Sequence record: KJ019086.1
DNA length: 64,000 nt
Direction: 5' to 3' (one strand)
The position numbers and the translations under genes were made by a program. A model generated the notes under the pieces. That model was given only the letters and a program-made list of their open reading frames with translations. It was not told the origin of the DNA and ran no database searches. Of this stretch, positions 9,579-18,018 are shown in pieces (the first letter of the stretch is position 1; each line of letters starts with the position of its first letter).

Positions 9579-9821
9579 ATGGCTTATACTTACGCATTTA
9601 CTGATGCTGATAACAACAGCATCAAACGCACTGATGAAGACGGTAACGTTGCATTCGTTCCAGTCGCAGAAGGCAATCGTGACTACGCAGAATATCTATC
9701 CTCTGGTATCACTGCCGATGCATACGTAGCACCACCGGAACCAGAACCCCTTACTCCAGAAGAGAAACTAGCCAACTCTGGACTGACAGTTGATGAGCTA
9801 AAGAGTTTGTTAGATCTATAG
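9579..9821 (+). CDS. small fibre-associated protein (80 aa)
   Basis: FVPVAEGNRDYAEYL and PEPEPLTPEEKL...GLTVDEL motifs; follows the fibre gene. Confidence 0.6.
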   Translation: MAYTYAFTDADNNSIKRTDEDGNVAFVPVAEGNRDYAEYLSSGITADAYVAPPEPEPLTPEEKLANSGLTVDELKSLLDL

Positions 9822-9823
9822 GT

Positions 9824-9880
9824 GTGACAGCCAGCAAACTGGCACAGGGGGTTGGCACCCTGGGGAATGTGTGTTATAAT
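9824..9880 (+). promoter_or_regulatory. sigma70-like promoter with upstream inverted repeat, driving PhotoRC-II/psbA
   Basis: TTGGCA(9852)-17 nt-TATAAT(9875) with extended TG; upstream GTGACAG-N8-CTGGCAC imperfect inverted repeat. Confidence 0.7.
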
Positions 9881-9926
9881 AAACACATAAATAAGATATG
9901 TAAAGTTCTTATTACAACACTTCCAT

Positions 9927-10025
9927 CTAACCGAGACCTACGGGGAAGTAAAATACGTCTCTAATACCTACACCGGAGGGTGGTGTAGGAATAATACTAT
10001 CGTCAGCTCCCCCTGGCACTACTTA
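9927..10025 (+). ncRNA. PhotoRC-II RNA motif (psbA 5' leader)
   Basis: Stems GAGAC/GTCTC and CCTACACC/GGTGTAGG with a GGAGGGT loop able to pair with the downstream CCCT loop; directly upstream of phage psbA, the known location of this motif. Confidence 0.75.
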
Positions 10026-10038
10026 CCCTTTTTACACA

Positions 10039-11118
10039 ATGGCTTCAACACTTACACGCCGTCAAGGCGCATCTATCTGGGATCAGTTTTGTTCCTGGGT
10101 CACATCAACCAACAATCGTCTTTACGTCGGTTGGTTCGGTGTTCTAATGATTCCTACATTGTTAGCCGCAACTGTATGTTTCATTATCGCTTTCGTGGGT
10201 GCTCCCCCAGTGGACATCGACGGAATCCGTGAACCAGTAGCTGGTTCACTCATGTATGGAAACAACATCATCTCTGGTGCAGTTGTTCCTAGTTCAAACG
10301 CAATCGGTCTACACTTCTACCCAATCTGGGAAGCAGCCACACTCGACGAATGGCTCTACAACGGTGGTCCTTTCCAACTAGTTGTCTTCCACTTCCTTAT
10401 TGGTATCTACGCCTATATGGGACGTGAGTGGGAACTCTCTTATCGTTTAGGTATGAGACCTTGGATCTGTGTAGCATACTCTGCACCAGTTGCAGCAGCT
10501 TCAGCAGTATTCCTAGTCTATCCTTTCGGTCAAGGTTCATTCTCAGACGCGATGCCCTTGGGTATCTCTGGAACATTCAACTACATGTTGGTCTTCCAAG
10601 CAGAACATAACATCTTGATGCACCCCTTCCACATGTTGGGAGTCGCAGGTGTCTTCGGTGGTTCATTGTTCTCAGCGATGCATGGTTCACTTGTTACATC
10701 TTCACTCGTAAGAGAGACAACTGAAACAGAATCCCAGAACTATGGTTACAAGTTTGGACAAGAAGAGGAGACCTACAACATCGTTGCAGCCCATGGCTAC
10801 TTCGGTCGTTTGATCTTCCAATACGCCTCATTCAACAACTCACGCTCACTCCACTTCTTCTTAGCCGCATGGCCAGTTGTGGGTATCTGGTTCACCGCAC
10901 TTGGTGTTTCCACAATGGCATTCAACCTCAATGGTTTCAACTTCAACCAGTCCGTCATTGATGGACAAGGTAGAGTTCTTAACACCTGGGCGGATGTATT
11001 GAACAGAGCTGGTCTAGGTATGGAGGTGATGCATGAGAGAAATGCACACAACTTCCCACTAGATTTGGCAGCAGCTGAGTCCACACCTGTGGCTCTAATT
11101 GCACCATCTGTTGGTTGA
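10039..11118 (+). CDS. psbA: photosystem II D1 protein
   Basis: [47 protein letters not shown]; uninterrupted 359 aa, no intron. Confidence 0.99.
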   Translation: MASTLTRRQGASIWDQFCSWVTSTNNRLYVGWFGVLMIPTLLAATVCFIIAFVGAPPVDIDGIREPVAGSLMYGNNIISGAVVPSSNAIGLHFYPIWEAATLDEWLYNGGPFQLVVFHFLIGIYAYMGREWELSYRLGMRPWICVAYSAPVAAASAVFLVYPFGQGSFSDAMPLGISGTFNYMLVFQAEHNILMHPFHMLGVAGVFGGSLFSAMHGSLVTSSLVRETTETESQNYGYKFGQEEETYNIVAAHGYFGRLIFQYASFNNSRSLHFFLAAWPVVGIWFTALGVSTMAFNLNGFNFNQSVIDGQGRVLNTWADVLNRAGLGMEVMHERNAHNFPLDLAAAESTPVALIAPSVG

Positions 11119-11140
11119 TCACTCAACCTGTGATATGATA

Positions 11141-11170
11141 AAAGGGGACTTCGGTCCCCTTTCTTTTTCT
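11141..11170 (+). terminator. intrinsic terminator after psbA
   Basis: AAAGGGGAC-TTCG-GTCCCCTTT plus T-rich tail. Confidence 0.9.
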
Positions 11171-11188
11171 TTTGTAATGTAAAGTTTT

Positions 11189-11419
11189 ATGTCTCACGAT
11201 CTAATCGAATTGCTCACTTACTATGTGATCGGTGGTGCCCTTATCATAGGACCACCCGCTATCTTTCTCATCATTGCTATGATGGCAGCACTCCAAAATA
11301 CGAAAGGTCGCATGGTTGGATACAAAGATCACAAAACTTATGGTGATTCATCTATCTACGATCCGGCACCAAAATTGCCAGTAGATCAAACAAAATTCTT
11401 CCTGGAACTTAACAACTGA
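11189..11419 (+). CDS. small membrane protein (76 aa) between psbA and psbD
   Basis: One hydrophobic segment (YYVIGGALIIGPPAIFLIIAMMAAL); fills the intergenic gap. Confidence 0.65.
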   Translation: MSHDLIELLTYYVIGGALIIGPPAIFLIIAMMAALQNTKGRMVGYKDHKTYGDSSIYDPAPKLPVDQTKFFLELNN

Positions 11420-11430
11420 GGTAAACAAAA

Positions 11431-12486
11431 ATGACGACAAGTACACTTACAACACCACAAAGGGGGTGGTATGATATTTTGGAGGATTGGCTTCAGAGAG
11501 ATAGGTTTATCTTTATTGGCTGGTCTGGATTACTACTTCTTCCCACTGCTTATCTTGCCATTGGCGGCTGGCTTACTGGCACAACTTTTGTCACGAGTTG
11601 GTACACCCATGGTCTTGCTTCTTCCTATCTTGAGGGTGCTAACTTTCTCACGGCGGCTGTCTCGACTCCTGCTGATGCTATGGGTCATTCTCTTCTTCTA
11701 CTTTGGGGTCCTGAATCTCAGGGCGACTTCCAGCGGTGGCTCCAACTTGGAGGGCTTTGGTCCTTTGTTGCTCTCCACGGTGCCTTCGCTTTAATTGGAT
11801 TCATGCTTCGTCAGTTTGAACTGTCACGACTCATTGGTATCCGTCCCTACAACGCTATTGCATTCAGTGGTCCTATCGCTGTATTTGTCAGTGTGTTTCT
11901 TCTATACCCACTAGGTCAATCTTCCTGGTTCTTTGCCCCCTCCTTTGGTGTGGCAGCAATCTTTAGATTCCTATTGTTTCTTCAGGGTTTCCACAACTGG
12001 ACACTGAACCCCTTCCATATGATGGGAGTTGCTGGTATACTAGGTGGAGCACTACTATCTGCAATCCATGGCGTTACTGTTGAAAATACCCTATATGAAG
12101 ATGGAGAACAGAATAACACCTTCACTGCGTTCGATTCCACCCAGGAGGAAGAGACCTATTCGATGGTTACTGCGAACCGCTTCTGGTCGCAAATCTTCGG
12201 GGTTGCGTTTAGTAATAAGCGTTGGCTTCACTTCTTTATGTTGTTTGTTCCTGTCATGGGTCTTTGGGTCTCAAGTATTGGGATCATTGGGCTTGCTCTT
12301 AATCTTCGTGCTTATGATTTTGTGAGCCAAGAGATTAGAGCAGCAGAAGATCCTGAGTTTGAAACTTTCTACACAAAGAACATCCTTCTTAACGAAGGAC
12401 TAAGAGCATGGATGGCACCTGTGGATCAACCACATGAGTCATTTGTATTCCCAGAAGAAGTTCTACCTAGAGGTAACGCATTGTGA
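11431..12486 (+). CDS. psbD: photosystem II D2 protein
   Basis: RDRF...[45 protein letters not shown]. Confidence 0.99.
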   Translation: MTTSTLTTPQRGWYDILEDWLQRDRFIFIGWSGLLLLPTAYLAIGGWLTGTTFVTSWYTHGLASSYLEGANFLTAAVSTPADAMGHSLLLLWGPESQGDFQRWLQLGGLWSFVALHGAFALIGFMLRQFELSRLIGIRPYNAIAFSGPIAVFVSVFLLYPLGQSSWFFAPSFGVAAIFRFLLFLQGFHNWTLNPFHMMGVAGILGGALLSAIHGVTVENTLYEDGEQNNTFTAFDSTQEEETYSMVTANRFWSQIFGVAFSNKRWLHFFMLFVPVMGLWVSSIGIIGLALNLRAYDFVSQEIRAAEDPEFETFYTKNILLNEGLRAWMAPVDQPHESFVFPEEVLPRGNAL

Positions 12487-12728
12487 TTAACGCACTCTTC
12501 ACTTTTATATTTGCTGCGGTGATGTGGGTGCAAGTCCCACAGTGGCAGGATGATTGGTCTAAGTGCGCAGTAGATGTACCTGATGTTCAATGTCATTGGT
12601 ATATCACAGCACCCGATAGCACCATGGGTGAAGGATTTAGTTGGGCGAATGCCCCTTGGTTCAGTGCTGAAGGTCTCCTTGATATTGGAGAACTTCACAA
12701 CACAGTTCAATCACTTCAGGAGGCATGA
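12483..12728 (+). CDS. conserved cyanophage hypothetical protein (81 aa)
   Basis: Signal-like N-terminus, [14 protein letters not shown]...CHWY pattern; GTG start overlapping the psbD stop. Confidence 0.7.
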   Translation: MINALFTFIFAAVMWVQVPQWQDDWSKCAVDVPDVQCHWYITAPDSTMGEGFSWANAPWFSAEGLLDIGELHNTVQSLQEA

Positions 12729-12940
12729 TGAATATATTATTTTTAGTATTATACTTCGTCTGTTTCTGTCTCATTGCAGGTGGTGCCGCAGCTATGATGT
12801 ATGCAAACATACAATCTATCTGGAACACACCACCCGCTCCACCTAAACCAATTCATCCTGAGGCACCTGTAGCAGGTGAAGAGGTTATGTATGTCGATCT
12901 AACAAGAGAAAAACTGGAAGATTTGTACCATGAACATTGA
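12725..12940 (+). CDS. small membrane protein, DUF2973-like
   Basis: TM helix, then KPIHPEAP...EEVMYVDL motif; family name from recall. Confidence 0.55.
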   Translation: MMNILFLVLYFVCFCLIAGGAAAMMYANIQSIWNTPPAPPKPIHPEAPVAGEEVMYVDLTREKLEDLYHEH

Positions 12941-13052
12941 ATACCTTTTAGGTTGGGTTGCTATTCTTGTTTTGTTTATAGCAACACAGAATACTGATGA
13001 TGACGATGATCCAGAAGGTGGCATGATGGTCCCTTCTACCCAATACTCATAA
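12930..13052 (+). CDS. small membrane protein (40 aa) with acidic tail
   Basis: Hand translation MNIEYLLGWVAILVLFIATQNTDDDDDPEGGMMVPSTQYS; ends just before a terminator. Confidence 0.65.
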   Translation: MNIEYLLGWVAILVLFIATQNTDDDDDPEGGMMVPSTQYS

Positions 13053-13061
13053 CAAAACTAC

Positions 13062-13090
13062 AAGGGGATTGTTAACAATCCTCTTTTTTT
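13062..13090 (+). terminator. intrinsic terminator
   Basis: AAGGGGATTG-ttaa-CAATCCTCTT plus T run. Confidence 0.8.
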
Positions 13091-13174
13091 GTATCGTTAT
13101 TTTGTTTGATTGTTATATATTGTGTGTATTCTCACACAAACCATATACATAGAGTGTAGAACAAGAGGAGTATT

Positions 13175-13375
13175 ATGTTATCACATAATCTTATTTCGCA
13201 TAACCAATTAGAAGGTTGGCGAGAATCTTTTCAGAAGATAGACAAATCTACCAATAGAACAACAGACGAACTAAACCTAATTAATGATTACTATGATTGT
13301 TTAATAGAGTGTGATGATAACCAATCAGCGTGTAAGCGTATCTGTAAACATGTATTGACATCTCCACCAATTTAA
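13175..13375 (+). CDS. small Cys-rich protein (66 aa)
   Basis: AGGAG RBS; DYYDCLIECDDNQSACKRIC (Cx3C-x6-Cx3C). Confidence 0.8.
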   Translation: MLSHNLISHNQLEGWRESFQKIDKSTNRTTDELNLINDYYDCLIECDDNQSACKRICKHVLTSPPI

Positions 13376-13387
13376 ATATGTTAGAAT

Positions 13388-13413
13388 GGAGGGTATAACA
13401 ACCCTCCTTTTTT
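13388..13413 (+). terminator. intrinsic terminator
   Basis: GGAGGGT-ataaca-ACCCTCC-TTTTTT. Confidence 0.8.
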
Positions 13414-13414
13414 A

Positions 13415-13588
13415 ATGCGATTCGATCTTTCAATAGAGGATTATACTATCATCCTCAATGCCCTACATTACTACAAAAAGAAGACAGTAGAGAAGCGGGG
13501 CAACTTCAAACAGTATAGCGAGGAGCGAGTCAACGATCTTAGGGACCGAATGGCTCACCAAATGGTCTGGGAACAGGGTGAAGAGTAG
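13415..13588 (+). CDS. small hypothetical protein (57 aa)
   Basis: Hand translation MRFDLSIEDYTIILNALHYYKKKTVEKRGNFKQYSEERVNDLRDRMAHQMVWEQGEE. Confidence 0.65.
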   Translation: MRFDLSIEDYTIILNALHYYKKKTVEKRGNFKQYSEERVNDLRDRMAHQMVWEQGEE

Positions 13589-13703
13589 CAAATACCACCA
13601 TTTTCAGGAACCTCTCACCAAACCTTCGGGAAACACTATGGGAAAACGGGTTGTTGATCGCCTATAATAAGGGGGTAGAACACAACTGGAGAGAAAATCC
13701 ACT

Positions 13704-14087
13704 ATGAAAATCCAACAATCAATGCTTCGTCGTCTCGCCGCTAAGAAGGGGAAGAAGCAGAACGGATTCACACTAATTGAACTGATGGTGGTTGTTGCTA
13801 TCGTTGGTGTATTGTCGGCTGTTGGTCTCCCTCAGCTATTGAAAGCACAAGACCGAGCAAAGATCTCAGTAGCACAACAGGAAGCAGTCAACTACGCTAA
13901 AGAGTGTTCTATCTCCATCCTTACAGGTGGTGATGGTCCTGTCGTTGCTAACTTTTCAACAGTTCCTGCCGACCAAACCTGTGCCGCTGGTACTGATGTA
14001 ACCGCTTTATCTGATACTGAGACAGTAGTAACCTGGACAGTAGAAATGGAAGGCGGCATCCCTGGCGTTCCTTCTTCCGATGAGTGA
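13704..14087 (+). CDS. pilA: type IV pilin-like protein (class III signal peptide)
   Basis: Basic leader KKGKKQNG|FTLIELMVVVAIVGVLSAVGLP with G-1, F+1, E+5; two Cys in the head. Confidence 0.88.
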   Translation: MKIQQSMLRRLAAKKGKKQNGFTLIELMVVVAIVGVLSAVGLPQLLKAQDRAKISVAQQEAVNYAKECSISILTGGDGPVVANFSTVPADQTCAAGTDVTALSDTETVVTWTVEMEGGIPGVPSSDE

Positions 14088-14093
14088 TCTATT

Positions 14094-14657
14094 ATGAACC
14101 TAATGTCCACCATGGTGGGACTTAGCATCATGGGGGCTTCTGCCCCCGCTATGATGAAAATGTCCATGGCACCATATGAAGCACAACTAAGAGCACAAAA
14201 CCTAGGTGTAGCCGAAACTGCTGCTGTAGTATTCGCCGCTACTTACGAAGGTAAGCTCGAACTCCCAGAAGATACAGACACCTGTGTATCAAAACTACGT
14301 GAAGGTACTGCAAACGCTTTTAGCGTTACCTGTACTGAAGGTGATGGTAGGTATGTTCAGTCTGTAACTCGTGCATTCCGTCTAGCTGTTCCCGATGAAG
14401 GACTAGACGGTGGTAATGCAACTGATACAAGTAGAGAGTTTGCATTTGAAACTCCTACTCGTTTCTCAGGACACCAATGTCCTGGTTATGATTCCTGGGG
14501 AGTCAACGGTTACAATGACAAAAACTACTCTGCCTTAGGTGGAGCTTGTATTCCTAACGATGGATGGAATCAAACTAATTATCAGTTCTCTGATCCAGAC
14601 GCTTGGCTTTATGACATCAACAACCGTAATGGTTGGGGAGCACATCCTGACTACTAA
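14094..14657 (+). CDS. pilin-associated / minor-pilin-like protein (187 aa)
   Basis: 6 nt after the pilin; hydrophobic N-terminal helix (MNLMSTMVGLSIMGASAP), then amphipathic helix and a Cys/Trp/Gly-rich head. Confidence 0.5.
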   Translation: MNLMSTMVGLSIMGASAPAMMKMSMAPYEAQLRAQNLGVAETAAVVFAATYEGKLELPEDTDTCVSKLREGTANAFSVTCTEGDGRYVQSVTRAFRLAVPDEGLDGGNATDTSREFAFETPTRFSGHQCPGYDSWGVNGYNDKNYSALGGACIPNDGWNQTNYQFSDPDAWLYDINNRNGWGAHPDY

Positions 14658-14839
14658 TGATTGAGTTACTCGCATCTAGCATTATCATTTACGGTAATGC
14701 CAACGGGGTGTGGTCTCCCTCACATCCCGATATTTATCCTTATTCGGAACCACCTACACGAGTAGAAAAACCTGAAACTCCAAAAACATCTACGACTAGC
14801 GGAAATGGAGATATCATTTTCCCTCAACTATTAGAATAA
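14657..14839 (+). CDS. small putatively exported protein (60 aa)
   Basis: Stop/start overlap with the previous gene; hydrophobic start, Pro/Thr-rich body. Confidence 0.55.
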   Translation: MIELLASSIIIYGNANGVWSPSHPDIYPYSEPPTRVEKPETPKTSTTSGNGDIIFPQLLE

Positions 14840-14860
14840 CTAAAACTAGGAAACACACAC

Positions 14861-14893
14861 AGGAGGGCAACCCTCCTTTTTTTGTGCTATAAT
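14861..14893 (+). terminator. intrinsic terminator fused to an extended -10 promoter
   Basis: AGGAGGG-caa-CCCTCCT-T run continuing directly into TGTGC-TATAAT. Confidence 0.8.
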
Positions 14894-14898
14894 TACTA

Positions 14899-15198
14899 GT
14901 GAGTTGTGAGACTACTATGGATGAAAGAATAAGAACTTTATATGTCTTTCAGTCGGATGATCGTCTTATAACTCATGACGGGCATGTCCAACTAGGTTGT
15001 CATAACATGACCATGGAAAAGTTTATGTCTTTCGATAGGGAGAATATCCGATACATCGAAACCTACTGGTTGCCTGATGTATTTGGAAATAGGTATAAGC
15101 GTTCTAACTTCCAAGCACACCAGAGGGTATCTGGGGAGAAGGGTGTATTAGAACTATCTAATAACCAACCAGGAAACAGACTTGATAGGTCTGTATAA
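14899..15198 (+). CDS. hypothetical protein (99 aa)
   Basis: ORF track; start could be ATG 14917. Confidence 0.6.
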   Translation: MSCETTMDERIRTLYVFQSDDRLITHDGHVQLGCHNMTMEKFMSFDRENIRYIETYWLPDVFGNRYKRSNFQAHQRVSGEKGVLELSNNQPGNRLDRSV

Positions 15199-15226
15199 GG
15201 CACCTATATACACAAAAAGGATTCCT

Positions 15227-15436
15227 ATGGGACCTATAATTGTATTTGCTTGTTTTCTACCTATAGTTGCTATATTCATTGTAATAAAACTAGCTGTTTG
15301 GGTAGAAGCTGTTAACTCCGAAACAAACTATGTCAGAGAAGAACCTTCAAGACAACGAGGACCTTGGGTGGAAAACCCATATGAGGATATTGATGTTGAG
15401 GAAGAGGAGTATGGAGATCGCACAGACTATCGATGA
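15227..15436 (+). CDS. small membrane protein
   Basis: TM helix PIIVFACFLPIVAIFIVIKLAVW then an acidic tail; ATG after AAGGA RBS. Confidence 0.6.
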   Translation: MGPIIVFACFLPIVAIFIVIKLAVWVEAVNSETNYVREEPSRQRGPWVENPYEDIDVEEEEYGDRTDYR

Positions 15437-15563
15437 AGCGATTAACGACTATTATTCGCTTCATGGACTCCCTGTTCCCGATTGGAAACTGAAAAAGAAT
15501 CCAGACTGGTGGATTGAATACTTACTTTCTCTTGGATTAACTGATAACAATGAACCCCTTTAA
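15411..15563 (+). CDS. small hypothetical protein (50 aa)
   Basis: MEIAQTIDEAINDYYSLHGLPVPDWKLKKNPDWWIEYL; ATG after GAGGAG RBS. Confidence 0.65.
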   Translation: MEIAQTIDEAINDYYSLHGLPVPDWKLKKNPDWWIEYLLSLGLTDNNEPL

Positions 15564-15720
15564 GATACTCGGACCTTTCCTGAACCTATTGGTGGTGTAT
15601 AGTCTATGGTATTCTGACTTATACAGTAGGAATCGATACTACGCATATGGTATTGTACTACTACACATTCTCGTACTGGCATCAATTCCAACCATACCCG
15701 CAATTCTATATTGGTATTAA
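15550..15720 (+). CDS. small two-TM membrane protein (56 aa)
   Basis: Hand translation MNPFKILGPFLNLLVVYSLWYSDLYSRNRYYAYGIVLLHILVLASIPTIPAILYWY; fills the gap before talC. Confidence 0.5.
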   Translation: MNPFKILGPFLNLLVVYSLWYSDLYSRNRYYAYGIVLLHILVLASIPTIPAILYWY

Positions 15721-15722
15721 TT

Positions 15723-16373
15723 ATGAAGATCTTTTTAGACACCGCTGACCTGAATGAAATCAAAGAGGCATCATCCACTGGTTTGATTGATGGGGTGACT
15801 ACCAACCCAACACTCATCCTAAGAAGTGGAAACACTCTGTACTCCACTGCAAAACTATTACAACTAGAATACCCCACATTTGAGAGTATCTCCACTGAGG
15901 TGGTTGCAGATACCGCAGAGGAGATGGTAGAACAGGCACGTCAGTACCTTGATATTGGACCTACAATCACTGTTAAGGTTCCTTGTACTGTAGAGGGTCT
16001 TAAGGCGTGCAGAACACTCTCAGAGGAGGGTGTGAAGACCAATGTGACCCTTGTGTTCTCTGTATCCCAGGCTATCCTGGCAGCTAAGTCAGGAGCCACC
16101 TATGTGTCTCCCTTTGTTGGTAGGGTGAATGATAACTCCTTCAGTGGGGTTGCACTTATCCAAGCTATCTCAGAGACCTTCTCCCTACACAGGGTGAAGA
16201 CAGAGGTATTGGCAGCTTCAGTTCGTGAAGCAAACCAAGTAGGACGTTGTTTTGCAGCTGGTGCTGACATTTGTACCATCCCAACCAAAGTATTCTGGAA
16301 GATGTACGAGCACATTCTCACAGAGAAAGGTTTAGAACTCTTCCAAAAGGACTGGGAGAACTCAACGAAGTGA
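15723..16373 (+). CDS. talC: transaldolase (TalC/MipB family)
   Basis: MKIFLDTAD, GVTTNPTL, VKVP (Schiff-base Lys), YVSPFVGR, LAASVR. Confidence 0.96.
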   Translation: MKIFLDTADLNEIKEASSTGLIDGVTTNPTLILRSGNTLYSTAKLLQLEYPTFESISTEVVADTAEEMVEQARQYLDIGPTITVKVPCTVEGLKACRTLSEEGVKTNVTLVFSVSQAILAAKSGATYVSPFVGRVNDNSFSGVALIQAISETFSLHRVKTEVLAASVREANQVGRCFAAGADICTIPTKVFWKMYEHILTEKGLELFQKDWENSTK

Positions 16374-16436
16374 TGTGTGAATACTAACACTTTGAGTATT
16401 ATATAAATATTAAAGAATACATATTTCTTTGCATAA

Positions 16437-16643
16437 ATGAAACGTCCAGCCTTTTATTTGGTTGCGAGTGTTGTTATTGTTCAGATGTTAATGGCGGCGG
16501 GGGTATTATTTGGTTGTTTTGCACGACCGGATCCCCGTTGTACCGGAGATAAGGCATCTGATTTACTGAATAATATTATTGTACAAACTTTCGCACTCTA
16601 TGCGGCTGAGAAAGTTTCCCATAAAGATGATAAACAAGTATAG
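16437..16643 (+). CDS. small membrane protein under a late promoter (68 aa)
   Basis: TATAAATA at 16402-16409; hydrophobic N-terminus ending in LFGC, second hydrophobic segment. Confidence 0.6.
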   Translation: MKRPAFYLVASVVIVQMLMAAGVLFGCFARPDPRCTGDKASDLLNNIIVQTFALYAAEKVSHKDDKQV

Positions 16644-16682
16644 TGTGGTAGAATAGGGGAGAACACCTCCACCTATTTTTTT

Positions 16683-17171
16683 ATGCCTATCAATAAAGAG
16701 TATTATGATAAATGGTATGGGATATGGAGTTCCCAATCAGAAGATGTATTGGAAGTTACTGCCTTAGTTAGAGCTATTGAATGTACTAATGGGTGTATTC
16801 AGTGGGCGTTTAGGGACGATGATGACAGGTCACTACCCATTGAGAAGACCAGAGAGGCTATGAAACTCTCCATGGGTGTGATGAAGAATAAGGTTTTACC
16901 ATTCCCTGATGGTGGGAAGTTTGTTATCCCAGAGGATGTAGTTCCCCTCATGGATAAGTCCAGAGATATTTACATTAGAGGATTCAAACAAGGTGATGAG
17001 GATGCCTACCAAGAGTTTATGGCACTATCCAAGTCACACTTTGTTGTAATGGGTAGAGAGAGGATGGATAGAAACTTCCAGAAGGTGAAGGATCATTTCA
17101 TAGATGTGTTTAGTGACTACTGGATTGAGATGGGTAGGGGATATGTTTATGCCCTTGGGGAGTATGTATAA
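16683..17171 (+). CDS. hypothetical protein (162 aa)
   Basis: ORF track; plausible composition. Confidence 0.75.
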   Translation: MPINKEYYDKWYGIWSSQSEDVLEVTALVRAIECTNGCIQWAFRDDDDRSLPIEKTREAMKLSMGVMKNKVLPFPDGGKFVIPEDVVPLMDKSRDIYIRGFKQGDEDAYQEFMALSKSHFVVMGRERMDRNFQKVKDHFIDVFSDYWIEMGRGYVYALGEYV

Positions 17172-17195
17172 ATATCTGGTATCGCTTCTCCTCCA

Positions 17196-17387
17196 ATGGA
17201 CGAAAATAGTGCATCACGTATTTTAGATTCAGCAGGAAAAGGTGGGCATGTTAATCCTACCGCCCTGGCTGTTACCATACGTGCCGCAGTGAAGGAATGT
17301 CTAGACCATAATGGTATGGTTAGTATGTCATCCCTCTACGAACTCAGTTGTCAGTTGGAAAAGAAGGGAAAAGAGTGGTATGATTAG
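17196..17387 (+). CDS. hypothetical protein (63 aa)
   Basis: ORF track; TATAAATA at 17167-17174. Confidence 0.55.
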   Translation: MDENSASRILDSAGKGGHVNPTALAVTIRAAVKECLDHNGMVSMSSLYELSCQLEKKGKEWYD

Positions 17388-17407
17388 TAAACTTATTTGG
17401 TGATGTC

Positions 17408-17608
17408 ATGAGTGAAAAACTTTGGGTGAAGATGGCGGAAGTATTCTACAATAAGGATGCCGAGACCGCAGAGCGAATGGGAGTTGAGAACTTCTTCAAT
17501 AAAGCAGCATCTAGAATGATTGCAGTTGTTGCTGAGAGTATTGATGGGGAGGAGAGACTATACCTAGAAGAGCAATCCAAAATAGCAGAGGCTGAGCAAC
17601 GAGTATGA
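17408..17608 (+). CDS. hypothetical protein (66 aa)
   Basis: ORF track; ATGA overlap with the next gene. Confidence 0.6.
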   Translation: MSEKLWVKMAEVFYNKDAETAERMGVENFFNKAASRMIAVVAESIDGEERLYLEEQSKIAEAEQRV

Positions 17609-17832
17609 ACACTTACTATGTGATAGTATACACACTAGTATTCTTTGTTGGTGTGTGTATTATTGAACCCAACCTACTCAAGTGGATAGAACTCCAGTTT
17701 AAGTGGGCAGGTATAAACGTTAGAAGAGCTATACTTATCGTTCAATTTCATCCACGTAACTTTGTTACCAACTGGATAATTCGTAGGAAGTTTCAGAAGA
17801 TTATCAGAGAACATAGTCAACCTAAAGAGTAG
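17605..17832 (+). CDS. membrane protein (75 aa)
   Basis: N-terminal TM helix, basic C-terminus. Confidence 0.6.
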   Translation: MNTYYVIVYTLVFFVGVCIIEPNLLKWIELQFKWAGINVRRAILIVQFHPRNFVTNWIIRRKFQKIIREHSQPKE

Positions 17833-17841
17833 GAGTTAGTT

Positions 17842-18018
17842 GTGATTGAGACTTTGGCATTTGTTTTCCTTTCATGCCAAGATGCACGTCAGGTTGCAGA
17901 TCGTGCAATGAATACTGAGAGTATTACCAAAGAAGTAGCCATAGAAGTTATTATTGAACTTGATATAGCTTCTGGCGGCAAATGTAACTTACCTGGAATA
18001 ACTGATGGGCATGTTTGA
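17842..18018 (+). CDS. small hypothetical protein (58 aa)
   Basis: Hand translation from GTG after AGGAG RBS: MIETLAFVFLSCQDARQVADRAMNTESITKEVAIEVIIELDIASGGKCNLPGITDGHV. Confidence 0.6.
   Translation: MIETLAFVFLSCQDARQVADRAMNTESITKEVAIEVIIELDIASGGKCNLPGITDGHV

Noticed and set aside
10039-12486. Group I intron or homing endonuclease in psbA/psbD
   Set aside because: Both reading frames are continuous and of normal length; the intergenic ORF is a small membrane protein.
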